From Heterodontus francisci (lineage: Eukaryota), in NCBI RefSeq assembly GCF_036365525.1, contig NC_090380.1, positions 43,669,682-43,733,681 on the forward strand: a DNA stretch of 64,000 bases, read 5' to 3'. The translations under genes and the position numbers were made by a program. The notes under the pieces were generated by a model, which saw nothing but the letters and a program-made list of their open reading frames with translations, searched no databases and was not told the origin of the DNA. The first letter of the stretch is position 1, and each line of letters starts with the position of its first letter. Positions 37,152 to 49,917 of the stretch are shown here, in pieces.

Positions 37152-38721
37152 GCAACAGAAAACAGTAATTTTTCTGGCATTTTATGGTAACTTTGTTGAG
37201 CATTTTGTTGTCCTCACCAGGATGTGCTCTGCATTTCTGTTTCTTTGTATAATTATAATGGCATCAGTAAGTGACATTAAAAATTGAGAAGATTCCCCAA
37301 TTTCAGGTTCTTAAGCATGCTGTATCTAATGTGCATGAATTATAATTAGATCGGTTTAAATTTTAATTTTCATTTGTCAAGGAATAAATGGGGCCCCGAT
37401 TTTAATTCTGTGCAAATGGATGTGTTTTGAATGAATTAAAATTGTACCCATGATATGACTTCAGCACTTTACTTGAGTTTCAATTGTTTATGCTGATTTA
37501 TGGCCATTTATATGTTTGGGCATATACTAATGAGATTGGCAGGAAATTTGAACATAATTTGAGATCAAAGGAATAGGTCCAAAATTGGTTACAACTTCCA
37601 GGAAGGATACCATGAAACTTCTAAATTCTGCTCTGCAATGTTTTTCAGTTAATAGGGGTCTTGAAGTTGTGGAAGCCTCTTGCATTTTATGAGCCCTGAG
37701 AAGGAGATGGAAACACAATTAGACATTGTAGACAATATGTAAAGATTTTTTCTTTAGCGTCTCTGAATTGAATTTCCGGTCCGGTGAAGTTTCTCCAGAC
37801 TGTTGGTTTAACAAGCAATGTTCTGTTTATTCCTGAAACACAGCTAAATGAAATTGCTACTTTTCATTTGACCACAGTAGTGAAGGGGATAGCGGTGAGG
37901 GTGTATTTAATAAAGGGGAATTGACAGAACTGTTGGCAACAAAACTACATACACAGAACCCCTGCATGTTCCAATCAAGATTAGCGTGAATGGTTCAGAT
38001 GCTGAGCCTCAGGGTTATGTGTAAGGTGGTGGGGTGGGGGTGGGGGGAGAGCGTATCTAATGTAACAAGAGATGTACCTGGTGTATCTACCACGAGTAGT
38101 ACCATGAGGAATATCCTGAAAAAGGGACATCAACAGATTTAACAAGAGGTCATATTATTGGCATTTAGTGAGACTTTAGAATATTTTGCCAGGAGAATTC
38201 CATCTAACTAGATCCATTCACACATACCTAAAATGGAACTGGGCCTGTTTTAAGTGTTTCATTCGAATATAATTGAAGAAATAATCTAAACAACCTGACT
38301 TCAGGATACCCTTCAAGATTGTGCACCTTGAGATCTTTCAAAATGTCAATTTTGCAAAGTCAGATTTGAATTAAGTGATAAAGGGATTAGAGGTAAGATT
38401 GAGTCTAATACACACAGACTGAAATGACAATGATTCAGCCACCAAGAATAATGGGAAGTGATAACTTCCAAATTTATGCTCTGCCAAATCTTTCTGTGGA
38501 AGGGTAATGTTGGTTTAGGAAACCATATATTGTTAGGGAGCTATCTAAAATAGGCCTGGAGAAAAAAGGGGAATCTTCTGCTGCTTTGACTAAGGTCTAG
38601 GACATATTATGGAGCCTAAGTTGTCTTCAATACAGAAAAGCAAAAAGGAGAGGATGCCCTGTCTCAAATGGGAGTGGGACTGGGACTTGACTGGCCTAAA
38701 TTCAGAGAAAGAATTACATTT

Positions 38722-38876
38722 CTAACATAGAATCACTAAATAATACGGCACAGAAAGAGACCATTCAGCCCACCGTTCCTGTGGCAGCTCTTTGGTAGAG
38801 CTGGCCAATTAATCCCACTCCCCTGCTCTTTTCCCATAGCTCTGCCAAGTTTTTCCCTTCAAGTATTTATCCAATA
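38722..38876 (-). mobile_element. CR1 3' tail
   Basis: acggcacagaaagagaccattcagccc..aatcccactcccctgctc..aagtatttatccaat. Confidence 0.7.
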
Positions 38877-38884
38877 TATAGCTC

Positions 38885-39105
38885 CTCTCAGATCCCCAGG
38901 ATGTTCCTTAGTGTTTCACAGCCAGTCAAGCATGCTTGAAATGTAATGTCATAACGTAGGCAAATATGGCAGCCAATTTGTGCAGCACAATGTCCCCAAA
39001 ACAGAAAGGAAATAAATGGCTAATCTTGGTTGAAGGATAAAAGAACTCCCTGCTCTTTTTCAAATAGTTCCATGGAATCTTTTATGTCCAACTAACAGGG
39101 CATAC
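38885..39105 (-). mobile_element. Deu-domain SINE fragment
   Basis: Reverse complement of the Deu core and tail (ggcagccaatttgtgca..aactcccctgctc..aaatagttccatggaatctttta). Confidence 0.7.
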
Positions 39106-39399
39106 AGGATTAATTCAAAATGGATTCAGGAATATTAATAAGCTAAATCATCTTTTTTCTCCTCACTCTTGGCTGACAAGCCAATGTAAAAAAATCTTTT
39201 GTAAAATTATGCATCTGTAGAAGGTAGTCAGAAAGTGATATTTATTCAAGGTCAGTTTTGATATTAGAGAACTTAATGAAAGGGAAAGACTTGTAGGAAC
39301 ACCACAGCAATGATAGTAATTAAAGAATACTAGTAATTTTTTGCCCCAGAGCAAAGACACAACAGTTATTTCTAAATATCCCATTGTACAGCAGGAAGA

Positions 39400-40397
39400 C
39401 TAAATGAGCTATCTGGGCATGACCTGGAGAGATCTATGAGAGGCACAGAGACCTTATTATTGAAGTGTTCTATCTGGTCAAAGAAGTCCTACAGTGACAA
39501 TCTATCATTTGCACTGCAGTATCCATGACAGTGAAGGTACCATTGCACTCAGCTTCTACACCACAGGAACCATCCAGGCATCCCAGGAGACATCTTTAGA
39601 ATTAGTTCCTTTTTCACAAGGCAACTTTATTACCATGCACCATAATATATACATTTGAGAAGCACCAGTGGCAGCTGAGACTTTTCCAAATTGATGGCTT
39701 CTTCAAGGTATGGGGCATGATTGCCCATATGCATAGAGCCATTCATGCACCCACTAACAACCTTATGGCATTAACAAAATAGAAAATACTATTATCCCAT
39801 AAACATGCAAATAGCATGCAATGCCTTCCAGAAAATAATACACCTTAATGCACAGTTCCTCGAAGGTACACACAATACTACCAATTTTGCCCTCGATGAA
39901 GAAGGAAGAAAGCACATCTGGCTCTTCAAAGGTTGTGTGTCAGATAGTTGACAATCCTACAAAACCCCTGGATAACACAGCAGAGAATAAATATAATGGG
40001 TGAACCAGAGCCGTTTATTAAGTAGACATTAGGAGTACCAAAATATCATTTCAGCTGTTAGTGAGAGTGAATGGGGGGAACCCTACAACATGTTCCAATA
40101 TTCCTGCTCAATATTACAGAGTGTGGAGGAATCAGCATGAACTTGGGTGAAGGGCAGCTGCAAGCTGTGAAAGACCAGGGGGATAATAATTGCATGGGTG
40201 ACCAGAACTGCAGCCAAGGAGACAAGACATTGTGGGTCTTATTGCTACAGTGGTTAATCCCATCGGGATTCAGTTAATAATATGCACATAATTTGGGTTA
40301 GCGTTTCTGCTTTGGCCGTAATTGGGAAATTGGGTGCAAATGGCGCTTAAAATTGCACATTTGTCCAAAGTGATGTTGGAGTTCAAGTTTCTGCCCA
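39400..40397 (+). pseudogene. Very old Harbinger transposase relic
   Basis: Ordered degenerate motifs SFYTTGTIQA (~39551), GFFKVWGMIAHMH (~39696), NRKYYYPINMQIACN (~39778), NAQFLEGTHN (~39847), GGTLQHVP (~40074); possible TIR CAAGTTTCTGCCC ending 40397. Confidence 0.6.
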
Positions 40398-41409
40398 TAC
40401 TCATTTGCATAATCACAAACGTAAAATCTTTCATGAACCGGCACAATCAGTCTGTGTAATGGAATGTAATCATTTACTTTTATCTTTGCATTATAAATAT
40501 TCATTGATGTAATGAAACTGGTGCAGTTTTATTAATACAGCTGAAAATGAGTTTACCACAAAAAATAAGCATTTTAATAAAAGTATCTCGTCCTCCGCCA
40601 GTGAGTAATCTGATTTTAAATCACTGAAAACAACTTAAAAAAATATACTGAACCATTTATTAGTTTCATTGATGTGCATTAGTCAGTTTCTTAGTAAATT
40701 AAATGTTTCAAATAGGTAAAAAAAAAAATTAAAATGTGTCTACCAGTGCCTGCATGCTTATGAGAACAAACCCAAGAGCTTCCACAAACAGCAATAAGTG
40801 GGTGTAATTTGTGGAAAATCGTTATTTTGATCCGGGGACTTTAAAGATTGCGGAAATCTGATTCACAAATGACATAATTAACATTTAAAATTCACCAGTC
40901 TTTTGCGCTGATTAGGCTGATTTCACCGATTATGTATGTATAATACTAACACAAACTAGTGGGAACTTTGCCATATTTGCATGTTCCTTCAGCAAACTCT
41001 TCCAGCATCCTTTATGCTACGTATTGAATGTATTTATAATCACAGGACCAATATTAACATTGGCATACTTTTGCTCCACTCATTGAAAATAACAAAGGAA
41101 TGGCTGGTGTAGATGTTACAACTGTCTCAGTCTTAACAGAATTACATGTATAGGAGTAAGATAGACTGATATTTCGACAACAGTAACAGTAACAACTGCT
41201 ACATTAAGATTTTTTTTTTTTTAACTCTTTCTCCTTTCACTGTAACCCACAAATAATGAAGAAATTACAATGGTTTTGTTGTTTCCAAGAGGAATTAGCT
41301 GAACGCAATAGTTAATTGTAAAAAGTAAATGAAGATGTTAAATGAAACTAATGTATAGTGTACAGTAATTACATCACTACCAGTACCAGTGACAGCCACA
41401 TCAGTGCAA

Positions 41410-41930
41410 GCGACAGGAGCAGCAGGAGATAAAGCCAAGTATGGGAGTGGACTTGCGGGAGATGGAGCCAGGCCCGGGAGTGGATCTGCGGGAGAGCGAG
41501 AGGAGCGGCAGGAAATAAAGGAGACCCAGGAAAGGTCCTACGGGAGATAGAGCCAGGCCCAGGAGCAGACCTGCAGGAGATAAAGGAGGCCTAGGAGCTG
41601 GCCTGTGGGAAATAAAGGAAGGACCTAAGGGAGACAAAGCCAGGCCCGGGAGTGGAATTGCAGGAAAGCGAGAGGAGCAATGACAGAAACAGACCTGGGA
41701 GCAGAACTGTGGGAGAAAAAGCCAGGTCCAGGAGTGGACCTGCAGGTGATAAAAGAGGCCCAGGAGTTCACCTGTGGAAGATAAAGCCAGGCTCAGGAGC
41801 GGAACTGCAGGAGAGCAAGAGGAGCAATGACAGAGACAGGCCTGGGAGCGGACCTACTGGAGATAAAGGAAGCCCGGGAACTGCGGGAGACTCAGGAGCT
41901 GGACTCAGCATAAAAATTCAAGGAGTGAAA
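41410..41930 (+). repeat. Degenerate tandem repeats forming the 5' UTR of a CR1
   Basis: Recurrent ~30-35 nt unit (ggagataaagccaggcccaggagtggacctgc-like) immediately upstream of CR1 ORF1. Confidence 0.75.
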
Positions 41931-42515
41931 TCACAGGACAGCAAATAGGTGATTGGCTGGTATTACAGTCTTGTTTTTTTATCTTTAACCTATGGAATTG
42001 TTTCAAACTCAAAGTTAAGAATCTGTAACTTACTAGCTTACTATTACTTATTAAATTAATAAACTAGATAAACTACTTCTATGTATAAGTAAATAATAAA
42101 TCTTTAGTTTATTATGGTTGAGTTTAGTTAGTTAATAAATAGAGGCTTGGGAGGACATCTCAGTCCTGTGGAGTGCACATTCTGTTCTATGTGGGAACTC
42201 CAGCATGCTTCTCGTTTCCTGGAGAACCACATGTGGAGGAAGTATCTTTGGCTGGAAGAGCTCGAGCTCTGGATATCGGAGCTTGAACAGCAGATGCCAT
42301 CACGGCAGTACATCCACGAGGCTGAGAGCTACATGGTTAGCATGTTTATAGGTGTGGTCACCTGCAGCTTAAGGGCATGCGGGCAGAGAGGAAATGGGGG
42401 ACTGCCTGACCATCACGCAGGACCAGGCAAGTGGTACAGGAATTCCCTGAGTGCATCTTGCTCTCCAACTGGTATTCAGTTCTGAATACTGGTGAGAGTG
42501 AAGATTCATCTAGGG

Positions 42516-43333
42516 TGTTACAACCAGGTGAGAAAGATGTCTAGGGGTCCCTTTTAGCCTTCACCCGGTCTTATTGTAACAGGGTTTATGTTTTTAAACA
42601 TACTGTGTTTTTGAGCTCCCCCTTGGTGAATTCTTGTTCACCGCTTTTCAATTATAAGGCAAAGAAATGAGCACACCAGGTTTTCTGAGGTTTGAACAAA
42701 AGTGAAATTTATTTAAACTTAAACTCTGATTCGGTTAATACCTACGGATACACACCGCGCCCCACGCTAGCATGCATACACAATACACACATGCAAATAG
42801 GGACAGAAAGGTGCAGAAAAAAAATAAGGTAGAGAGGTTTGAGGCAATATCAGAAGAGTTCCTTGTTACTGTGCTTCGAGCTTTTTGTGGTCCTTTTGTA
42901 AGTAGTCTTTTCGTTGGGTACCAGAATTCTTCTTAAACCTTGTTCACTGTAGGAGACTTTTCTCTCTTGGGGTTCATGTGTCTTCAATGGGTCTTCAGTT
43001 CCATGAGAATGAGATGGGAGCAGACAGGAGAGAGGTGTTCTCAGTCCAGGAGAAAAGAGCTTTCTCCTTTCAAACACTCTGTGCAAATTCAAATAGCCAG
43101 TTAGTCATGTGACTAAACTGGCCTGACCAGGTCTTCTGTGTATTGGAGAAGCAGGGACTGGGTTCTTTGTTCCAAGACTGTCTGCCAGTATGCAAAAAAG
43201 GTCTTTCCGGTGAGGGGCCTGGCAAGTCCTTGTGATAGGCCCTCTTTTCTTCCCAGCAGCAATTTTAAGTTTTAATGTTCATGTGGCAAAATAAGGTGTG
43301 CCTCATTCTTGGCAGCTGGGGGCCTCCATGACA
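42516..43333 (-). mobile_element. Solo LTR with 4-bp TSD
   Basis: TGTTACAACCAGG...CATGACA flanked by AGGG on both sides; homologous to the 32410 LTR in reverse. Confidence 0.9.
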
Positions 43334-43431
43334 AGGGAGGGCAGCAAGAACGTAGTCCATGGCACCATTGCTGGCTCAGCTGTACAGGAGGGCAGGAGGA
43401 AGATTGGGAAAGCAATAGTGATAGATCATTC

Positions 43432-43527
43432 CGAAGAAGGGTCACTGACCCGAAACGTTAACTCTGCTTCTCTTTCCACAGATGCTGCCAGACCTGCTGA
43501 GTGAATCCAGCATTTCTTGTTTTTGTT
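43432..43527 (+). mobile_element. 96-bp Penelope-type short element (copy D) with 14-bp TSD
   Basis: GTGATAGATCATTC at 43418-43431 and 43528-43541; body cgaagaaGGGTCactGACCCgaaacgttaactctg.. Confidence 0.85.
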
Positions 43528-44420
43528 GTGATAGATCATTCTATAGTTTGGAGAACTGATAAGTGTTTCTCTGGCTGCAGATGTGAATCCAGAATGGCAT
43601 GTTGCCTCCCTGGTACCAGGGACAAGGATGTCACTGAATGCCTGCAGAGCACTCTGAAGGGGGAGGATGGACAGCCAGAGGTCGTGGTCCCTATCAGTAC
43701 CAACGACACAGGTAGAGAGAGGGATGTCCTACAGGCAGATTTTAGGGTGCTAGGATGAAGACTAGCAAGCAGGACCTCAAAGGTAGTAATTTTTGATTAC
43801 TCTTAGTGTCACTTGCTTGTGAATATAGAAGTAGGAGGATAGAGCAGATGAATGCATAGCCAGAGAGATGGTGCAGGCGGAAGGCCTTTAGATCCTGGGA
43901 CATTGGAACCAGTTCTGAGGGAGATGGGACATGTACAGGCTGGATGGATTGCACCTCAACAGGATCGGGACCAATGTGCTTGTGAGCAGTTTGCGAGTGC
44001 TGTGGGAGAGGGTTTAAACTAAATTGGCAAGGAGATGGGAACCAGAATGTAGCATTAGGAAGGATAAACAAGGTTTATCAAAGTTTGGGAGAGACAGATA
44101 GCACGAGAGTAAGAAATAGTAGGGTATTAGGTGGGGTCAGACTAAGAGGAAACATTGTAAGATCTAATTCAGGTTTACAGTTCATGTATGTAAATGCATG
44201 GAGTGTGCTATTATGGCCATGTGGTGTGATGTGGATGGTTCCCACTGTTCAACTCCCCACCTGACCGCAGCAAGTGTATCTGTATTAGAGATTAGCCCCT
44301 TGCTGTTTTATTTTTCAAATGAACAGACCACAACAGGTTTTCTTGTAGGTTTTAAAAACAGAATATTAATTGTTTACTGATCAATATGCCTTATCCCAAA
44401 ATTGTCACAAATGCATCCAG

Positions 44421-44460
<40 letters not shown>

Positions 44461-44461
44461 A
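44421..44461. repeat. (CA)n microsatellite
   Basis: cacacatacacacacacacacacacacacacacatacaca. Confidence 0.95.
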
Positions 44462-44650
44462 GGAAGAAACAGAGAAAAATAAAAAAGGCAGGTGGCTTTC
44501 AGTGGGGGAAAAGTTACAATAAACCTGTTGAATTCTCTTGAGAATCAAGTTCTAGATGGATGCAGGCCTGAGACGATTGTAGATTTCTCTCTTGTTTGAA
44601 GGTTCTGTTGAAGAAGGTGGGTTACTTCTAGCTCTCACTGCTGTATAATG

Positions 44651-46909
44651 CTAGGAGAATTTCAGAATTCTGCAAAGGAGGACCAAGAAAAAGCTTAAGG
44701 GAAAATAGAATATGAGAGTAAACTCGTGAGAAACATAAAAACAGACTGCAAAAGCTTCTATAGGTATGTAAAAGGGAAAAGAGTAGCAAAGACAAATGTG
44801 GGTCCATTACAAGCAGAGTCAGGAGAATTTATAGTGGGGAATAAAGAAATGGCAGAGAAACTGAACAAATACTTTGTGTCTGTCCTTACAGAGGAAAATA
44901 CCAAAAATCTCCCAGAAATAATGGAGAATCAAAGAACTAGTATAAATGAAGAACTGCAAGATATTAATATGAGTAAAAAAAAAAGTATTAGAGAAATTAA
45001 TGGAATTTAAAGTAGATAAATCCCCTGGACCTGATGATCCACATCCCAGCGTGTTGAATGAGGTGGCTGTAGAAACAGCAGATGCATTGGTAGTCATCTT
45101 TCAATCAAAATTCTAAAGACTCTGGAACAGTTCCTGCAGATTGGAACGTGGCAAATGTAACCCCACTATTTAAGAAAGGAGGTTGAGAGAAAATGGGGAA
45201 CTACAGACCTGTTAGCCTAACATCAGTAATAGGGAAAATGCTAGAATCTATAATAAAGCACAGTGGCGCAGTGGTTAGCACTGCAGCCTCACAGCTCCAG
45301 GGACCCGGGTTCGATTCCGGGTGCTGCCTGTGTGGAGTTTGCAAGTTCTCCCTGTGTCTGCGTGGGTTTTCTCCGGGTGCTCCGGTTTCCTCCCACAAGC
45401 CAAAAGACTTGCAGGTTGACAGGTAAATTGGCCATTATAAATTGTCACTAGTATAGGTAGGTGGTAGGGAAATATAGGGACAGGTGGGGATGTTTGGTAG
45501 GAATATAGGATTAGTATAAATGGGTGGTTGATGTTTGGCACAGACTCGGTGGGCCGAAGGGCCTGTTTCAGTGCTGTATCTCTAATCTAATCTAATCTAA
45601 AAAGGATGTGATAGCAGGACACTTAGAAAATAATGGTATGATTGAGCAGAGTCAACATGGATTTATGACTGGGAAGTCATGTTTAAGAAACCTGTTGGAG
45701 TTTTTGAGGATGTAACTAGCAGAATAGATAAAGGGGAACTGCTGGATGTGGTATATTTAGATTTTCAGAAAGCTTTTGATAAGGTCCCTCATATGAGGTT
45801 AGTAAACAAAATTAGACCACATGGGATTGGGGGGAATATACTGGCATGGATTGAGTAGTGGTTAATGCACAGAAAACAGAGAGTAAGAATAAATGGGTCA
45901 TTTTCAGATTGGCAGGCTGTGGGGTACCGCAAGGATCAGTGCTTGGGACTCAGCTATTCACAATCTATAACAATGATTTTGATGTGGGGTGTAATATAAT
46001 ATCTCCAAGTTTGCAGATGGCATAAAGCTGGCTGGAAGTGTGAGTTGTGAGGAGGATGCAAAGACGTTTCAAGGGGATTTGGAGAGGCTAAGCAAGTGGG
46101 CAAAAATTTGACAGATGAAATACAATGTGGAGAAATGCGAGGTTATCCACTTTGGTAGGAAAAACAGAAATGCAGGGTATTTCTTAAATGGAGAGAGGCT
46201 GGGAAGTGATGAACTTCAAAGGGACTTGTTCATAAGTCACTAAAAGGTAACATGCAGGTACAGCAAGCAATTAAGAAGGCAAATGGTATGTTGGCCTTCA
46301 TTACAAGAGGATTTGAGCATAGGAGTAAAGGCGTCTTACTGAAATTATATAGCACCTTGGTGAGACTGCACCTGGAGTATTGTGTGCAGTTTTGGTCACC
46401 TTACCTAAGGAAAGATATAATTGCCATAGAGGGAGTGCAGTGAAGGTTCGCCAAACTAATTCCTGGGACGGAGGGAGTGTCCTATGAGGAAAAAATAGAC
46501 TGGGCCTTTATTTTCTGGAGTTTAGAAGAATGAGAGGTGATCTCATTCAAACATACAAGATTCTTACAGGGCGCAACAGGGTAGATGCAGGGAAGATGTT
46601 TCCCCTGGCTGGGAAGTCCAGAACCAGGTCACACAGTCTCAGAATAAGGAACAGGCTATTTAAGACTGAGACAAGCAGGAATTTCTTCACTTAGAGGATG
46701 GTGAATCTTTGGAATTCTCTGCCTCAGTGGAGGCTTAGTCATTGAGTATTTTTAAGGCTGACATCGATAGATTTCTACATATTAAAAACATCAAGGGTTA
46801 CAGGGAAAATGGTGTTGAAGTAGAAGATCAGCCATGATCTCATTGAATGGCGGAGTGGGCTCAAAGGGATCAATGGCCTACTCCTGCTCCTATGTCTTAT
46901 GTTCTTATG
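44651..46909 (+). mobile_element. 5'-truncated CR1 LINE
   Basis: KSFYRYVKGKR; KSPGPD; NYRPVSLTS; QHGF; FQKAFDKV; KFAD; tail cttatgttcttatg. Confidence 0.92.
45258..45600 (+). mobile_element. HE1-like V-SINE (tRNA-derived)
   Basis: A-box TGGCGCAGTGG; B-box GGTTCGATTCC; V-domain tgtgtggagtttgcaagttctccc..ggtttcctcccaca; CR1-like tail ending (TCTAA)n. Confidence 0.9.
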
Positions 46910-49900
46910 ATGTAGATGTTGGATTGTTTCAGCAGGACATGTGCTTTCTGGCTACAAGCTGAAAGCTGTTGCTCTATGCTGAGTGAGTCTCTCTCTCTCC
47001 AGCTCACTCTCTTTTCAGGAAAGGTTGTTATCTCTCACTCCCTATGAGGAGACACTCATACCCATGGTGATCACACAATGACCCAGGATGTGGCTACTTC
47101 ACACCTCCTTTGTTTCAGAAGAAGACATTCAATTCTGGAATGTTTTAGGATAGGTCTAAGATGGGTTCCATTAACACTTTTTGGGCTTTGAAGATTTGTC
47201 CTTTGTCTTTGTCAGACAGTCTGAATACACAAAAGGCCAATCCTCTTTTCTTTGATGGCCATTTTGGATCAGTATTCACTTTTTAAATTAAAGGTTCATT
47301 TTTTAAAGACAAAGTCCATTTTTCATAACTCTTCAGAATTAGTTCATAATTGTTGCATCATCGCACTTCCGGTATGTGTGACAGTGGTGATTAAGGTTGG
47401 TGAGCAACAGGCTCAAATAGCTACATGGGAATATGATGTTGTGGCAATAATGGAGTCCTGGCTCAAAAAGGGGCAGGACTGGGTAATAAATGTCCCTGGA
47501 TATTGATTAAGGAGAATGTTGGAGAGAGAGGATGTACTGAGTAGTCAAGGACAGAATCTATTTGGTGCGAGTTAAGAAACAATAGAGGTGTTGTTACACT
47601 ACTGGGTGTATTCTATAGGCCACCAACTAGTAGGAAAGTTATAGAGAAGCAAATTTGCAGGTTAATTAGAGACAGGTGCAAGAACGATAGAGTTGTGATA
47701 ATGGGGTACTTTATCCTAATATAAACTGGGATAGCAATAGTGTAAGTGGGAAAAAGTTTCTCTACTGTGCTGAGGAGAATTTACTTGATCAGTATGTTAC
47801 TGATCCAATGAGGAAGGAGGCATTGCTGGACCTGGTTCCAGAGAATAAGGTGGGTAAAATGGATCAAATGTCAGTCGCGGAACATTTAGGGAATAATGAT
47901 CATAGTATCATAACTTTAGTTTTAACTATGGAAAAAGACAAGGAGCAATCTAGAGTAAAAATATTGATTTGGAGGATGGCCAATTTAAGTGGGTTGAGAA
48001 TGGACTTGTCCTGGGTGAATTGGAATGAAAGATTGGCAGGCAAAACTGTAACTGAACACTGGGCTGCCTTTAATGAAGAGATGGTTGAGGTACATTCCCA
48101 CGAGGGGGAAAGGTAGGGCAACCAAATTCAGAGCTCCCTGGATGACAAAAGACATACAGAGTAAGATGAAGCAGAAAAATCTGCGTATGACAGATGTCAG
48201 GTTGATAATACATGTAAGAATCAGGCTGAATATAGAAAGTTCAGAGGGGCAGTGAGAAAGGAAATAAGAGAGGCAAAGAAGGAGTATGAGGAGAGTCTGG
48301 CAACTAACATAAAGGCAAACCCAAAAGTCTTCTATAGTCATATAAATAGCAAAAGGGTAGTAAGAGGAGCAGTGGGGCCAATTAGGGACCTATGGGAATC
48401 TATGTATGGAGGCAGAGGACATGGCTGAGGTACTAAATGAATACTTTGCATCTGTCTTTATTAAGGAAGAAGATGTTGGCAAAGTCATAGTGAAAGAGGG
48501 GGTGGTTGAGATACTGGATGGGCTAAACATTGATAAAGAGGAGGTATTAGAAAGGCTGGCATGTACTTAAAGTTGATAAGTCACCAGGACTGAATGGGAT
48601 GCATCCGAAGATGCAGAAGGAAGAAAGGGTGGAAATTGTGAAGGTACTGCCCATAATCTTCCAATTCTCCTTAGATACGGGTGATGCCTGAGGACTGTAA
48701 ATATTATACCCTTGTTCAAAAAGGGGTGTGCCGAGGGTAATGTGGTTGATGTGCTGTATATGGATTTGCAAAAGGCACCTAATAAAGTGTCACTTAATAG
48801 ACTTGTCAGCAAATTTGAGTCCCATGGAATAAAAGGGACAATGAAGGCACGGATATAAAGTTGGCTGAGTGAAAGGAAACAGATTGGAGAAAGTTATACA
48901 GTGAAGTTCCCCATGGCTTTTCTTGATATATATTAATGACTTAGACTTGGGTGTACAGGGCACAATTTAAAAATTTGCAGATGACATAAAACTTGGAAGT
49001 ATTGTGAACTGTGAGGAGGACATAGACAGGCTGGTGGAATAGGCAGACTCAACAGATGAAATTTAATGATGAGAAATGTGAAGTGATACATTTTGGTAGA
49101 AAGAATGAGACGGTATAAAATAAAAGGTATAATTCTACAAAGATTAAGAACAGAGAGACCTGCGGATATATGTGCACAAATCATAGAAGGTAGCAGGGCA
49201 GGTTGGGAAAGTGGTTAAAAAAGCGTATGGTATTCTGGACTTTATAAATCAAGGCATAGAGTACAAAAGCAAGGAAGGTATGATGAACCTTTATAAAACA
49301 CTGGTTCAGCTTCAACTGGCGTATTGTGTCCAATTCTGGGCACTGTACTTTAGGAAGGATATAAATGCTTTAGAGAGGTTGCAGAAAAGATTTACGAGAA
49401 TGGTTCCAGGAATGAGACAGTTCAGTTATGAGGATAGATTACAGAAGAAAAGGTTGATAGGAAGTTTGATAGAGGTGTTCAAAATCATAAGGGATCAAGA
49501 CAGAGTAAACAGAGAGCAATTGCTCCCATTGGCGGAGGAGTCGAGAACCAGAGGACACAGATTGAAGGTGACTGGTGAAAGAACAAAAGGCGATATGAGA
49601 AAACATTAGAGTCATAGAGTCATAAAGTCGTACAGCATAGAAACAGGCCCTTCGGCCCACTGCGTCCATGCCGACCATCATGCCTATCTATACTAATCCC
49701 ACCTGCCTGCATTAATTCCATATCCCTCTATGCCTTGCTCATTCAAAGTACCTGTCCAGATGCCTCTTAAATGTCGCTACTGTTCCTGCCTCCACCACCT
49801 CCTCTGGCAGCTCATTCCAGATACCCACTATTCTTTGTGTGAAAAATTTACCCCTTTGATCCCCTTTAAACCTCCTCCCGCTCACCTTAAATCTATGCCC

Positions 49901-49917
49901 TCTAGTTTTATTCACCC

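Larger units (their letters stand above)
44209..47383 (-). mobile_element. Solo LTR (second family) split by a nested CR1
   Basis: tattatggcc...gtgtgaca with flanks GTGC/GTGG. CR1 APE sequence is continuous across it; LTR halves are 44209-44650 and 46910-47383. Confidence 0.75.

Noticed and set aside
41410-41930. CRISPR-like array or repetitive protein ORF (41652-41948)
   Set aside because: Vertebrate context; repeats are degenerate tandem units without unique spacers and sit in a CR1 5' UTR.
45258-45330. tRNA gene
   Set aside because: A/B boxes run directly into a V-domain and CR1-type tail, so this is a SINE head.
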